The position numbers and the translations under genes were made by a program. A DNA stretch of 64,000 bases from contig JAUCBJ010001489.1 of NCBI GenBank assembly GCA_032718475.1, positions 47,370 through 111,369 of the forward strand. Reading direction: 5' to 3'. The DNA comes from Nemertoderma westbladi. Its lineage: Eukaryota > Animalia > Xenacoelomorpha. Shown piece by piece: positions 1 to 13,172 of the stretch. Positions within the stretch are counted from its first letter, which is position 1; every line of letters starts with the position of its first letter. The notes under the pieces were generated by a model, which was not told where the DNA came from, did no database searches, and worked only from the letters and a program-made list of their open reading frames with translations.

Positions 1-231
1 CACCTTTGTTTACAGCTAAAATTTAAATAAAATATTTATGTTAATATTTCTTCAATTTAACTTCAAATATAAAATATCCATTGAAAAATTTAATAAAAAT
101 TTATATTAAATATTATATAGTTATAATTATAATTATATAGTAATTAGTATGGTTATTAAATAAATATAAAAATAATTTATATTTTAATAATGTAGTTAAA
201 ATTGAAATGTACAACAATAAACAGAACTTAC

Positions 232-1396
232 ACCTCGCAATACTAGATGTTCAACATGGACACTAAAGGGTGTCATCTTTTCCACCAAAGCGGTTATAGG
301 TACTTCAGGTAGAGGTTGCATGGTCATAATAATACGGACAGGCTTCATAACCACTACTAATATCGGTAGTTTGTGGGAGGTATTGCCTCTAAATGCAGGC
401 TCGTACAATCGGATCTTAGTTCCTATACCCACATTGGGTTGAAATAAATTGCGACTCTGCTCATTGCCATGATTTATAACAAAAAACATCATCATCGATG
501 ATGTCAAATCTCTGAAAAAAATTTATTTAAAATAAAATATATTTTTCAAAAGTACATGACCATATAAGAAATTCCACAAATAATAGACATGATATAATAA
601 AAAAAAAAAAGAAACACACGTATGGAAATTTAAAAATTTTCAAATTAAGAGTCTTTCCAAAAAAAGTAACTTCTATTTATAAAAAATAAAAAACTATCAA
701 GATATGATGCGTATTATTTAGGTATCTCATCAAAAATAAAACAAAATAATTTCAAATAAAATTAAGCCTCACAAAAGAAAAACTGCTGCGTTAGAGCAAA
801 ACATATTTCGATAAATTAATTAGCAAAAGCCAACACACCTACGCTACATAAATTTATTAAAGATTATTATATCAAAAAATATCACTGCAGTTCTAACATT
901 TGTAAACTTCAATTCAAAAAAACTTTGATTTAAAAAAAATCCATCGATTTTAAATACTGCAAAATAGAATACACTTACAGATTAGCATATAAAAATTACT
1001 TTTAATTTCCATAACTATTACTCCAATTAGAAATATTTATAAAAGACGAAATGAAAAGAAACATGCGTAACTCCGAGGAAACGGGAAATCTCACAAATAC
1101 CCAGGTCTACCAACACATGAAGTATCTCCTTCAATGACTTACTACGAATCTCACTAGCGAAAAATTACAGAAAAAAACATAAAACTAATAACGTAATGAA
1201 TATTAAATACTTACAAGAAATACACCATTGTGTTATAATTAGGCCTAGCCTTTTTAACTGCTTTAGCAGCCATAGACTTATTCCATTTCTTTGATTTTAA
1301 TCCATTTAAAACGTGCATGACTCGACATTCCAGGAAACAATCATCTACTCTTGTCCTCGCCGACAAAACGTTGACAAGGCCGATTATTGCTGCCAT
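232..1396 (-). CDS. First two coding exons (1396-1215 and 511-232) of an unidentified spliced gene that runs off the left edge of the window
   Basis: Acceptor ttttgttatAG lies just before the ATG at 1396. Donor GTAAGT at 1214 (phase 2) matches acceptor tttttttcAG before 511 (TT+A=Leu). Donor GTAAGT at 231 is phase 0. The spliced frame is open: MAAIIGLVNVL...RPNYNTMVYF-L-DLTSSMMMFFVINHG...PFSVHVEHLVLRG. The exons are more GC-rich than the AT-rich introns. Confidence 0.7.
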
Positions 1397-1740
1397 TCTA
1401 TAACAAAAATATAAATATACAATGTAAACAAGACAATACAATAATGCTCTCCATAGGGAAAAATATCAACCGGCTATATTGGGTCTTGAACCCGGTACCT
1501 ATGTTTCAAACTTCTGGTTATCATCAGCCGGGTGAGTATACTGAGCTACAACACCGAATGAATATTTCGCTATGGAATGCGATATCATATTTATGCCAAC
1601 TAATCACTCAAAGGAAAGTACAACTTCGTTATTGCCGTGCTCTGCCAGAAAAGGCAACCATGCCTCAAAGAATAACTATTATACAGTGTTGTAGAAAACA
1701 CTATATCCCCGTATTTCTGCCTGGTTAAACTAAGCAAAAG

Positions 1741-1930
1741 TTAAACTAAATGTGGACCAAAGGATACAACTGCGATTAAATTTACTCAGAAATAAAAGGT
1801 TAGAACACCGATTAAAATAACTGAGGAAGAAAGGTTACGACAACGGTTCAACTAATTGGGTAACAAAGGTTAGGACAACATTTAAACTAAAAGAGGAACA
1901 AAGGTTACGACAGCGATTAAACTAACTCAA
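1741..1930 (+). repeat. Degenerate ~35-bp minisatellite, ~5.5 copies
   Basis: Units such as ttaaaataactgaggaagaaaggttacgacaacgg and ttaaactaaaagaggaacaaaggttacgacagcga recur every 35-36 bp. Confidence 0.75.
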
Positions 1931-2695
1931 AAAAAAATGGTTTGCGTAAACAATCATTTACAGCCAAGGTGTAGGCTTGTTTTGCGATTCTAGAATCTGG
2001 CATTGTAATAAGTTTTAGCCAATATTTTAGAATACTCACTTTCCTTTCAACTATGAGCGGGAAAATACCATACTCGCCGTACACCATATAGTTTGGAGTT
2101 GACGATTTCAATTTAAGCACTCTTTTTAAGAAAGACAGCTGGATCCGCTCGATACCCAATGCAGGGCAAAATCCCCAGACCTCACAACCGTAATTTAAAA
2201 TAGGTTTAATAAGACATTGAAACAGTTTGCATAAAAGTTGCACAGGCACCGTAGGAAAACAATACATATACCTCGACAACGAAAATACAACAACTTAATA
2301 CACAATACAACAGCAACAAAATACACACAACAATTATTTCTGAGCTGCTAAAGAGCTACCCCCTGAGGACAAAACAACTCCCAGGTACAAATTGTGACAC
2401 CACCTGAACGGGAGTGCCATTGTAAGTCCATGTATCCAGTGGGGACATTGACCCCGCCTTTTTAAAGACAACCACTTTAGTCTTATCAAGGTTTACACTG
2501 AGTCCCCAGAACTTACAGTAGTCCGACAAAGCATGTAAAGATCTCTGCAGACCAAGGGACGAGTGGGAAACGAGTACAATATCGTCCGCATAGAGTAACA
2601 TAAACAGTTGTAAGGTAGCGATGTCCAAGCTGTCAACCCCACATGTAGACATGTGGCTCTCAAAGTCATTGAGAAACAGTGAGAAAAGATTCGCC
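1930..2695 (-). mobile_element. Degraded non-LTR retrotransposon (RTEX-like) reverse transcriptase fragment
   Basis: ORFs 2356-2697 and 1917-2279 give LFSLFLND...LLYADDIVL...LSVNLDKTKVVVF and KPILNYGCEVWG...YMVYGEYG...ILKYWLKL. It is frameshifted and interrupted by an AC-rich patch at ~2280-2340. Confidence 0.85.
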
Positions 2696-2709
2696 ATGTA
2701 AGACTCCAG

Positions 2710-3663
2710 GTCAGGTCAGGTTGTGGTTGACTATGTTCTACGCATGTCCTTAGATCATCATAATGATGATGGGGTGATGATAACTCCACCTACTGGTTCC
2801 AGAAGTCGAGGAAATCCTGCCAAGTACCTAACTGATCTAGACTTTGCTGATGACTTAGGAGTACTCTCAGAATCATTAGAGGGAGCCCAACGGCTCCTCA
2901 GCTCATTAGAACATGCTGCTTCTAGTGTTGGTCTTTTTATTAACTCCAGAAAGACCAAAATTCTGACTGTTAACTTTGAAAGTCCTCAGCAAGTCTCTGA
3001 TCGGATGAGCATAAGCTCAAAGGATGGTATGCTTGAGCATGTGGACGACTTCTGTTACCTGGGATCATGGATCCGGAAGTCAGGTGAGGACCTTCGAATA
3101 CGTAAGGGAAAGGCATGGACAGCCTTGAATAGGCTTTCCAGGATTTGGAAATCACCGAGAATTAATCGGAAACTTAAGGTCCGATTATTTAGAGCAGCAG
3201 TAGTTCCAGTACTCCTCTACGGGAGTCCATGCTGGGCTCTAACTGCTGAGGACACCAAATCTCTGGATGGCACATTCACAAGAATGCTACGCCGGGTTCA
3301 TTGTGTCAAGTACAATGCACACATCTCCAACCAGACACTATATAACATTGGAGGTGTCTCATTGGTTCCCCCAAGCTGGACACTAGAACAAAATCGCCTC
3401 CGCTTTGCAGGACATTGCTTTCGCCGTGAGGACCAGCCAGTGCATAATCTTGTACTTTGGCAGCCTCATGGAGTGAATAAGCATGGTGGACAGCCCATGA
3501 CTTTCTTGAGACGCATCTTAAAGGACACTGGCCTTAAAGATGCGGATGATCTAGCAAATGTCATGGGTGATAGGGAGTTGTGGCGGTGCAATTTTGTTGA
3601 CAAGCCGGCACAGCATTCTTAAAAATGCAGCTGCAATGCAGCATGCCGATCCTAGTAGTAGTA
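2710..3663 (+). mobile_element. 5'-truncated RTE-type LINE insertion with 14-bp TSD and (TAG)n tail; open RT C-terminal frame 2723-3622
   Basis: Motifs LTDLDFADDL, INSRKTKIL, FCYLGSWI, PVLLYGSPCWAL and LRFAGHCFR. TSD ATGTAAGACTCCAG at 2696-2709 and 3664-3677. Tail tagtagtagta at 3653-3663. Confidence 0.92.
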
Positions 3664-4493
3664 ATGTAAGACTCCAGCTAGACAGTCAAAAGATTGTGAA
3701 AATTGACCATCCCAACGAACACGTGATTTTATTGCCTTATACATTTCCTTAATAATATTAAAAATTCTCCCGCAAAAACCCATGTTACTTAATTTTAACC
3801 AGAGTGCCTGTCTGTCCTGTCTGTCTGTCTGTAAATGTAAATGGTGATTTAATAATCTGAAAAAAATGATATATTATTGGTGTAGTGTATGCCGCCCTCT
3901 GTTGTTCATTTTTTTAGAATCTTCATTTTTTTCAGATTATTAAAATATATTATAATAGTTGATTTTCAGAATTTTCAGAATGGCAAAATCTTGTTATTGA
4001 CGAAAGTATGTCTGTTTCTGCCTAATTGGTAGCTGAGGCGAGTTCTAAGTTGAAGGGTGTTAAATTTGGTTTTACATCAGATTGCTTAATTAATGGGGGG
4101 GGGGGGGCTACCCCCAAAAACAATTAGTCGTCCCCCAAAAATAATTACTTGTCAATCTAAAGAAATTATTCCAGCACCAAATATTTTATATTAACTACGA
4201 TTTGGTCAGTTGCCATGCTTCAGTTACAGTATTCGTACTGATAGGCCTATTGCCTTCAGAACAACGTATTCTGTTATTAGGTTTCGTACCAATATACCTA
4301 CAGCAATCACCCGTTTTTTATGTCACACCCGAAATTGGGTGTGCCAAAAATAAGGAACCACTAAGTCTTCTAACTAAGTCTTCTAACACTAAGGCTTCTT
4401 TCTATATTACAGCTTCTACTGCTAATATTACTAAGGGGTTGCTGGTTATTTATCTCCATTGTAAGTATCTACTGTTATGTTATTATTGTTTAG

Positions 4494-5446
4494 GTCCTGC
4501 AGGAAGCTATTGCTGTAACAGAGGAGGATCAGATTTCGGTTGCAACAGCGATTTTCACCGCTGTATCAGAGCTTGTCCTCCCCACTGTGTTCGGCCGTTC
4601 GGCTCCTCAGCCGCCAGAGGTAAATTTATCTTATAATTAGTGTTGGGCCGTTCATAAAGGGATTCTCGGTTACGGAATAGCTAGACTCTATAGTTTTTAA
4701 TACCCGGTCTCTTATGTTCAATTAAATATCATATGTATATTATTTTATTCCTTTATAGTTTGTAATTGTAATTTAATAAGATATATTCACTCCTACCGGC
4801 TTATTTATTTCTTTATTACCATTTTGCACAGGATACGTCCTGCAGGAAAGAACAACTCCTATCGGTTCTAGACGACGGGCATACTGAATATCTGCGCATA
4901 GCGCAGATAGGAGAATCGATGTCCGAAGGTTCGGATGTTTGTAGTCTTGGATCCGGGGATTCTATGCGAAGTAGAGCAGTGGATCCAGATATATTATATA
5001 TTTACCTATTAATTCATCTTCTTTTTATCTTGTAACTGAAATTACTTTAGAAATTAGTTTCGGTAAAACAAATAAAGTTACTGTCCTTGTTTTTCATTAC
5101 CAGTACCAGTACTACATTAATATAGGGACAAAACATAAAGTAATAATTTAATTAAAATTTGTTTTCAGTTTTCAGTTCAAGAAAGCCCGCAAACGTAAGG
5201 GATGCCGTATTTGTTCGTACTGTCAGGGGCGTTGCGGCAAGAAAAAGTACCACGCCAGAACAACCTGCGTCATGAGAAAATACCACGTTCTCAGATATAA
5301 CAGCTCAAACCATGGACGAAGGTCTTCTCATAGAAAGAGAGAGAGAGAGGGAGTTACTTAGAGAGGACGTCGAAATGGTAGACGTTGACGTAGGAATCGG
5401 TAGCAGTGCTGCCCAGCACGGCCGCCAGAATGACCCAGTACGGATG
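4494..5446 (+). pseudogene. Probable relic of a multi-exon gene (candidate exons 4494-4619, 4832-~4988, 5176-5446) including a basic CxxC...HxxxxC zinc-knuckle-like motif
   Basis: GC-richer blocks are bounded by tttAG/GTAAAT, tttgcacAG and ttttcAG/GTGAGT. 4494-4619 is 42 open codons (VLQEAIAVTEED...). From 5176 it reads FKKARKRKGCRICSYCQGRCGKKKYHARTTC, then needs a frameshift. The second block has no canonical donor. Confidence 0.4.
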
Positions 5447-6587
5447 GTGAGTTAGCTGAATTATATTGCGAGATATGCATATAGATTGGATATATATAGA
5501 CTCCTATCCAGTAGTTTTGAATAACTCGGGGCCCCTGCGGAAATTACAATCACAGTCGCGTTGATAGAAATAAAATCTTATTAAATTTGAACACTAAATA
5601 TATTTTTATAATATATATAAATCAATAAATAAAAATTCTATGCTGGGTAGCTATGTAGACACCCACAGAAAGTTTCAGACTAATTGTTCAAAAATTGTAG
5701 AAGTAGTAGGGTTTTGAAGTTGACAATTTCATAAAAAAAATATTTTGAGATAATCGACCTTTCATTATACATAGTAATAGTAATTTCAATAGCTGAAGGC
5801 TATTGCCCCCCCAAAAAAAAATAAAATTAAAAATAAAAATGCCCCTCAAACCACAGCTGTTGTTAACCAGAGTTGTACTACTGTCAATCAACCCAAAGGA
5901 GCCCAAATCGCGGTATATTGTGTTTGTGACACATGAGGTACAATATCTTGAGCGACGTATTATCTAAAATGTCAGAGAGCCCATTAAAATTACATTATTA
6001 GTTCACACTTTAAAATTAAACTATAAAAAACTGTGACATTAAAAGCGAATAAAATAAATAAATAAAATTAAAAATTAATTAAAAACAAACAAATACTATT
6101 TTTTATAGCGTACAATAAATTTCATCACGATTTGTAATTTATAAATAATAGTAATCTTGTTTCTATTGCCGGTATATTACTGATGATTAATTTGTTTAAG
6201 AAATAATATAATTTATAATATATCTATAATAAATAATCTATAATATAATTTGGTGGGTTAAGGCCCCATATTCCATAAAAGGAAAGAAAAACGCCTCTCT
6301 CTGAACAGGTACACTATCATGGGGAGTGGGAACTGGCCAGTGTTTGCTATTAAAAAAAATTATTATTATATATTCTTTATTAAAAAAAAATTTTGTAATA
6401 AACTATTATATTATGAAGATTATTTATAATCACTTGTAAATCTTTCAAATCCTCCTAATCACTGAAACATGGTGACTGGTAACTGAAACAGAAGGTCGTG
6501 CTGCGGGCCTTCGGGGGCTTCGAACAATTAAAATAGGCAAGCTATTTACTCTTCTGCTATATCTCTTCTAGCACCTATAAATGAACA

Positions 6588-6708
6588 TGCTGACGTCAGA
6601 TTTTGGCTGACCCCCTCCCCTTCCCTCATCAGCACGTCATCAGATTTTCCCACCCCCACCCCCCCCCCCCCCCCCCCTAAAGTGCTGACGTCATACTTGG
6701 ACGGCCCC
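6588..6708. mobile_element. One end of a PIF/Harbinger-like MITE
   Basis: The terminus reads GGGGCCGTCCAAGTATGACGTCAGCA on the minus strand, with repeated GCTGACGTCA and a poly-C tract. No partner TIR was found. Confidence 0.45.
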
Positions 6709-6709
6709 A

Positions 6710-6946
6710 TATCTTGAGCGAGGTCTTGTGGTCTAACATACCACTGACGCCAAGATAACCGCCCAAATCATGGGTGTGGGCAGCCAGACAGCTATGCCCA
6801 CACACGTTTCGTTTGCACTGATAGACCAACATTGTGGTCCCTGATCGAACTGCAGACCGCCCTTTCTTCTCCATCATTGTCATCTCCTTTTTGCAATATT
6901 TGCAGTTTGGAGGCAGCTCTCCCAACCCATGGGTGTTACACCATCG
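6710..6946 (-). pseudogene. Zinc-ribbon coding fragment, possibly the N-terminus of a Merlin/ISXO2-like transposase
   Basis: The frame reads RWCNTHGLGELPPNCKYCKKEM...VYQCKRNVCGHS (WC-x3-GL, CxxC-x3-M, C-x4-C). No DDE core is visible. Confidence 0.3.
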
Positions 6947-8169
6947 CTATATGTGATATGGCCATCGATGTAAGAAACCTCTATATAATAAAGATTAATG
7001 TCTTTGAGGCAATCGAGATCGCAACCAGGGGCATCACAATCCAGTTTCATCATATTGTAGGAATTCGTAGTACAGTAGCAGAGTAGTACCGGTATTAACA
7101 GAGTCTGTCAGGGTATGTAATGCTAGCTTATAACTCAGTATATCACAGGCATTGCTATATATCCAACCCAAACAACACTTTTAAGTGCTAGCTTATAACT
7201 CAGTAGTCAGTATCATAGGCATTTCTTTATATAGTATTGAATAGATAATGTATCTTGTTACAGGACATTGATAATGAATGCAAAATAATTTGATAATGAA
7301 TGCAAAATAATTTAAAATCAGTCAAGTTCAGGTAAAATTCAAACCTTCAAATAATAAAAAAAAAATATTGTATGCAGTGTGTGGGTGGAGGACATATCCT
7401 GATGCTAGTCGAGGCAGCCATGCCATATTAGGCCTACTAGTCTAATGAAATAAATATAGGAAATTCTACTATTTTAAAAAAAGTATTCCTATATTACTAA
7501 AATTCCTATTTTTTAAATTTATTGAATAATTTATTGCAAAATACTCTATCAACACCAAGTTAATTGAGGTGTTGGCCCTTAAAACAACCGTTTGGGGTTG
7601 GGTACTAAAATATACTATGATTTATAGATTGTCTTAGGGCTAGGTAGAACTGTTTCTGTCCTGTTTTGTTGAGGTGAATTTCATCTTGAAGAAGGGGTTT
7701 ATGTGGGTCAGTAAATCAATCCCCTTACTGCCAAGGATTACCGCAGTCTGTTTCCTTCAAATATGACCTCTTGGATGTGTTAAAAGCAGTTCTTTCCTTA
7801 TAAGGGAAGATCCTGAATAGGGGAATTGATGTCTTCACCATTTCTAAGCAGTCTTTTGTTGGCTTATGGCGTAAATCATTACCCATAAGAGAAACAATAG
7901 TTATGCATGGATTGTGTTCCAAATATTGAATGGATTAGTTGAAATTATTTTATTCATTTTATATACGTATTATATCCATCCCGTTCTTTTTAAATACTAA
8001 CCAGGCCTTTGTCTAAAAAAATATTTGTTCTAGAACATTAATTTTTTCAAAATAAAATGGCTAAATTTCAAAAAAAATAAATTATCAAAAACTAGCTAGT
8101 AAATATTTAATTTGGTGAGAGGTGTATGCATACTGAACCAGTACCCACTATTTTACAGTCAAAATAGCC

Positions 8170-8323
8170 AAGTTGCTATAAAAGTTTCCGGCCACTTTGC
8201 TGGTGAAGTTGCTGGTAAAGTTGCCACGTGTAAACATTAAACAGCGATTAAATTAAATTGCTCCAAACACATTGCTAGTTGCCGAGAAAGTTGCTCTAAA
8301 AGTTGCCACGTGTAAACAGGCCT
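8170..8323. mobile_element. One end of a Harbinger-like non-autonomous element
   Basis: AAAGTTGC repeats and AAAGTTGCCACGTGTAAACA occurs twice. It ends ...GTGTAAACAGGCCT followed by TTA. Confidence 0.5.
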
Positions 8324-8994
8324 TTAGGACAGGGGGCATTGTTTTGTAGGGGCCATATCCTTTTTAATGGCCTTTTAAGTACATGGTCTAAAGTAGGCCA
8401 TTTTGCTGCTATTAAAATTCAATAAACATGTCCACTTTCAGTGAGAAATAGTAAATAAATTCAGAAAATAAAAAAAGTTAATGAAAATATAAATCGTAAG
8501 ATCGATATTATGAAATGTAAGCAAATAAGACAATACCGATGGATCGTAATATTGTTATTTTCGCAGACTACATATTAAATTTAGAAATGAAGCGACATAT
8601 TAAACACCTTTAACTAAGAATTATATTTTGTCATGAAATCGGCTATTTCTCCGCCGATTTTTGCTGGAATGATTTGAAATTTGTTCAGAAATGTTGACAC
8701 TTGTTCAGAATACCATTTGCACAAAAAGGCACTTTTGGCCACAGCAGAGTGCCATTTTGTGGCCTATTTTTTTAATTATTTGGTTTGGCCATTTTTAAAC
8801 ACACCAGATGATAATTAGTACCACAAAAAATAACTTTCAAATATAGTTTAAGATTTCAAAATGTTTCAGATTTAGTCATTAAAAACGTATGTTAATTCTA
8901 GGAAAAGTTAAGGGATTTGAATATTGAGTATTTCTGTGAATACAGACTCAGACACACACGGGCACGATGTTACTCCCCCCCCCCATGTTACTTC

Positions 8995-10695
8995 CCAGTC
9001 CCACCGTTGTTAACAACAGTTATTGTATCATATAATAAAAAATATAGGTCTACATCCACTGAAGTGCCCATCGTGAAGTGAAATCCCAAGTGAAGTGCGA
9101 TATCAAGATTTCCTTAGAATATGCCCTGAATTAGAAATACAGAGATATGAAATGGCCCTAAAACCTAAAACAAATATATTAAATGGCCTTCCCAGGAAAA
9201 TACACCCATGTTAGATTGAGTTCATAATCTACAGTTAATTACTTTAAATTTATTAACAGTGGCCCCTTTATAATATCAAAATATAAAATATGGCCCTAAA
9301 TTCATAAATTAATTTTATTGATGTCTATTGGCAGAAATAGACTGGCAGACAGACATGTGTCAAACGGAAAAGACAGGGGGAAGGATAATTGGGATTACAA
9401 TCAGAGATGTGAGGCAAAGGTGGCTTCTACTGCTTGCCTTGCCATTTGCCCATCGCCTTATAAGTTAATAATAAAAGTAAGTAATAATCGGTTCGTAAGT
9501 GGCTTGTAAGCCGCTTGCAAAAGGCATTATATTATTATGGTCGTAAAGTGAAATCCTTTTCCAGTTTCGTTATTTATGATATGTTAAGCTGAAACTTGTG
9601 AAATCAGTACTATAGTACCTGTAAATTTCAAATTATATCAGGCTCAGCATATTATAGTTACCCCCCTCCCCTCATACCTCCCACCGTTGTTTACAGCAGT
9701 TATTGTATTATATAATAATAATATCCACCAAAATCCCAATTGAAGTGCGATATCAAGATTTCCTTAGAATATTCCCTGAATTAGAAATACAGAGATATGA
9801 AATGGCCCTAAAACCTAAAACAAATATATTAAATGGCCTTCCTAGGAAAATACACCCATGTTAGATTGAGTTCATAATCTACAGTTAATTATATTAAATT
9901 TATTAACAGTGGCCCCTTTATAATATCAAAATATAAAATATGGCCCTAAATTCATAAATTAATTTTATTGATGTCTATTGGCAGAAATAGACTGGCAGAC
10001 AGACATGTGTCAAACGGAAAAGGCAGGGGGAAGGATAATTGGGATTACAATCAGAGATGTGAGGCAAAGGTGGCTTCTACTGCTTGCCTTGCCATTTGCC
10101 CATTGCCTTATAAGTTAATAATAAAAGTAAGTAATAATAGTAAAGTGAAATCCTCCTCCAGTTTCGTTATTTATGATACGTTAAGCTGAAACTTGTGAAA
10201 TCAATACTATAATACAACCTGCGCTGCATCATTGGGGAGAAACTGATCCATAGGGCCTATGCAGATTTTTAAGTTTTTTATATGCAGTTTTAAATTTCAC
10301 AAAATTTAAAACCTTCGATATTTCATATTTTATAATCATTTTGACGTGACACCTGGCAATCATTATAGTAATAATTAAGGTGCATAATACTAGCACAGGC
10401 ACATTTTCCATTCAAAAACGTGCATTTATAATCTCTGTACCTGTAAATTTCAGATTATATCAGGCTCAGCATATTATAGTTAACCCCCTCCCCTCATACC
10501 TCCCATACCGTTGTTTACAGCAGTTATTGTATTATATAATAAATAATATCCACCAAAATCCCAATTGAAGTGTGATATCAAGATTTCCTTAGAATATTCC
10601 CTGAATTAGAAATACGGAGATATGGCCCTAAAACCTAAAACAAATATATTAAATGGCCTTCCTAGGAAAATACACCAATGTTAGATTGAGTTCAT
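8995..10695 (+). repeat. Local tandem duplication, ~2.5 copies of a ~825-bp unit (first copy internally deleted, giving a 650-bp offset)
   Basis: Near-identical blocks at 9318 and 9968 (offset 650). atatccaccaaaatcccaattgaag occurs at ~9721 and ~10545. The third copy is truncated at ~10695. Confidence 0.9.
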
Positions 10696-10791
10696 TTTAC
10701 GGGGTGCTTCAAGAGGGGCATGGCGCTTCTCCGGAGAGACAAATTTTAGATTTTTCGATTCTACTTCGTATAAGACATTTCTTTTCCTTAA

Positions 10792-12363
10792 CCCTATTAA
10801 ACCCGGGGGGGGGGTCAATATGACCACCCCCCGTGGTTTTTTTATTATAATTCTGAAACAAACGCAGTTGGGAATCTGAAATTTTATGACTTTTCCTAAA
10901 AATCTATTGTCTTCATGGTAGTGAAAACCGTTTTCAAAAATATTGGGTATTTTTCGAGTTATAGCACCATTTTTTAACCCTACTTTTGGCACTTTTTTTG
11001 AGACGTTTTTTGAAAATTACATTTCATTAAATATGATTTGTAACATCTCTATTTTTGATTTACACCGTTTTTTGGTGTTAGAAATTGGATGGAATTCATA
11101 TAAATTGATTTAGAAACTTCAAACTTGTTTTTTTCGATGGGTGCCAAATTTTGGTGCCAGCACCAAATTTTGAAATAAGTCAATTTTGTAAATTGATTGT
11201 TTGAAACTTGTTTTTTACGCAATTGGGGTTTTTTGGGGTTCTGGATTCGATGAAATATATACGAGTTGCACCAAGCGTATCAAACTTGTATTTTTCGGTG
11301 CTGTGTGCAAATTTTGGTGCTAGCACGAAATTTTGAAAATCCATTCAATATATAAAATTGCTTGTGACAATTTATTTCTTGCGTTTTAGAGGTTTATGGC
11401 TGTTCTGAATTCAATGGAAAATATAATTATCGAACTAGACATCTCAAACTTGTATTTTTCGGATGTGGGTGCAAAATGTGGTGCTGGCACCAAATTTTGA
11501 AAACCATCAAATATATCAATTGATTGTGTCACCTTGTTTCTTGCGTTAAACGGGTTTGTGATGGTTCTGAATTCAATGGAATCAGTAAAAATTTCATAAG
11601 AGTTCTCAAACTTGTATTTTTCGCCGGTGGGTGAAAATTGTTGTGCCAGCACCAAATTTTGGAAAATATGCAAATTGATAAGTAGATAGTATCACCTTGT
11701 TTCTTGCGTTATACGGGTTTATGAGGGTCCTGAATCCGATGGAATCAATAAAAACAGCACTGGACATCGCAAAATTGTACTTTTTGGTGATGGGTACGAA
11801 ATTTGGTGCTAGCACCAAAATTTGCCAAATTACGCCGAAAAATACAAGTAGCAATGATCTGGCATATTAGAAATGTATTCCACTTAGAATCAGCGCCCTC
11901 GAAAACCAGAAAATGTGAATTTATATCATCGTTTAAGTGAATTAACAATTTTGTGTTCTAACTGAAAAGTGCTGGTTACTTGTTTTTTTCATTTTTTTCC
12001 TACGCAGAGAGGACTAAACAGCCATTTATAGTAATCATATCATTTTTAAATATTTTCCAATGTATTTTGCACCCCAAAAAACCTGTATTGAAAAATAATT
12101 AGCTGAAAATGTAACTTTCAAATTTTGTGAAAATTGTGCACTACTTGTAATTTTGGTGCTGCAATATAACCACCCCAGTACATTTTTTCGAAAATTTTTT
12201 TTTTCGGTCGGATCCAGACAAGTGATACCTACGTACAAACAAAAAATCAGATGTTTTCGTAAATATTTGTAGATTTTAGAGGGGGGGGGGGGGGTCAATA
12301 TGACCCCCCCCCCCCCCCCCCCCCGGTATTTGTACAACATTTTATAGCCCAGTACTAATAGGG
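10792..12363. mobile_element. Complete non-autonomous piggyBac-like element (1572 bp)
   Basis: TTAA (10788-10791)|CCCTATTA ... TAATAGGG|TTAA (12364-12367). Subterminal GGGGGTCAATATGACC(A/C)CCC palindromes at both ends. No transposase ORF. Confidence 0.85.
11100..11830 (+). repeat. Internal ~163-bp tandem repeat (~4.5 copies) of the piggyBac-like element, each unit with a palindrome
   Basis: aaacttgtatttttcg...aaattttggtgc(c/t)agcaccaaatttt recurs at ~11121, 11282, 11446, 11608 and 11771. Confidence 0.85.
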
Positions 12364-13172
12364 TTAATACGGAAATTTATTTTATGATGTTGTTATTTAA
12401 TGAATGTGTTGTTCAAATACCCGTTAGAGTAACAACATAACAACATAAATAATTATAACTCCTACTTTTGGTCTACAAATGTAGACCTTGAGCGCTATTG
12501 GGTTTTAATTCTAACTAATTTTAGGGCTAGCAATAATTATAGTTTTAATGTTAAGACCAAAGACACTAGAGTGTACAAAACAAAGAGGTAAAGTCGCTTT
12601 AAGTCCCATTGCCATTTAAAGGAGCAGGTTACAGAAGCGTGCTGGCGGAACCAAAACAATAAACGAAAGTTAACACATTTTACAAGATTATGCAGGTTAC
12701 TTAATTGGGCCTTGGTTCTTTACTTTGTACTCACCCCTAATATTGTCTCTAATTGACAAAAAGGTATCTGGAGATGTATTAAGAATTATAAGATCCTTGA
12801 AGAATAACTCTAATAATTTTTGTCGTCAAATGAAACGTAGACCTATGGATGCATCAACGGAAGAGGTGAAGTCACTTATCCTAGATCAATCAAAATGAGG
12901 TAGCTGCTTGTATAAGGAATTCTACAATTGTTTAGTCACATTGGAAGAACAATATTACAGGCGTGCATTAATGTGTGCAATGCGTGCATGTGTTAGCCTA
13001 TGTTCGGGGTGTATTCTAATTATGTTCTAACTGTGTTCTCGTGTGTTCCCTTATGTTCTATAATTATTTCTATTCGGCGTGCAAAGGCTTGATCCAGACC
13101 CCTCTAACCATCTCACAATCCAGTCAGGCAGCCTTAGATTTGGCAAAAATGGAATCTGCGTCGATAACATCA

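Noticed and set aside
10681-12340. ORFs inside the piggyBac-like element
   Set aside because: They are short translations of AT-rich repeats with no transposase motifs.
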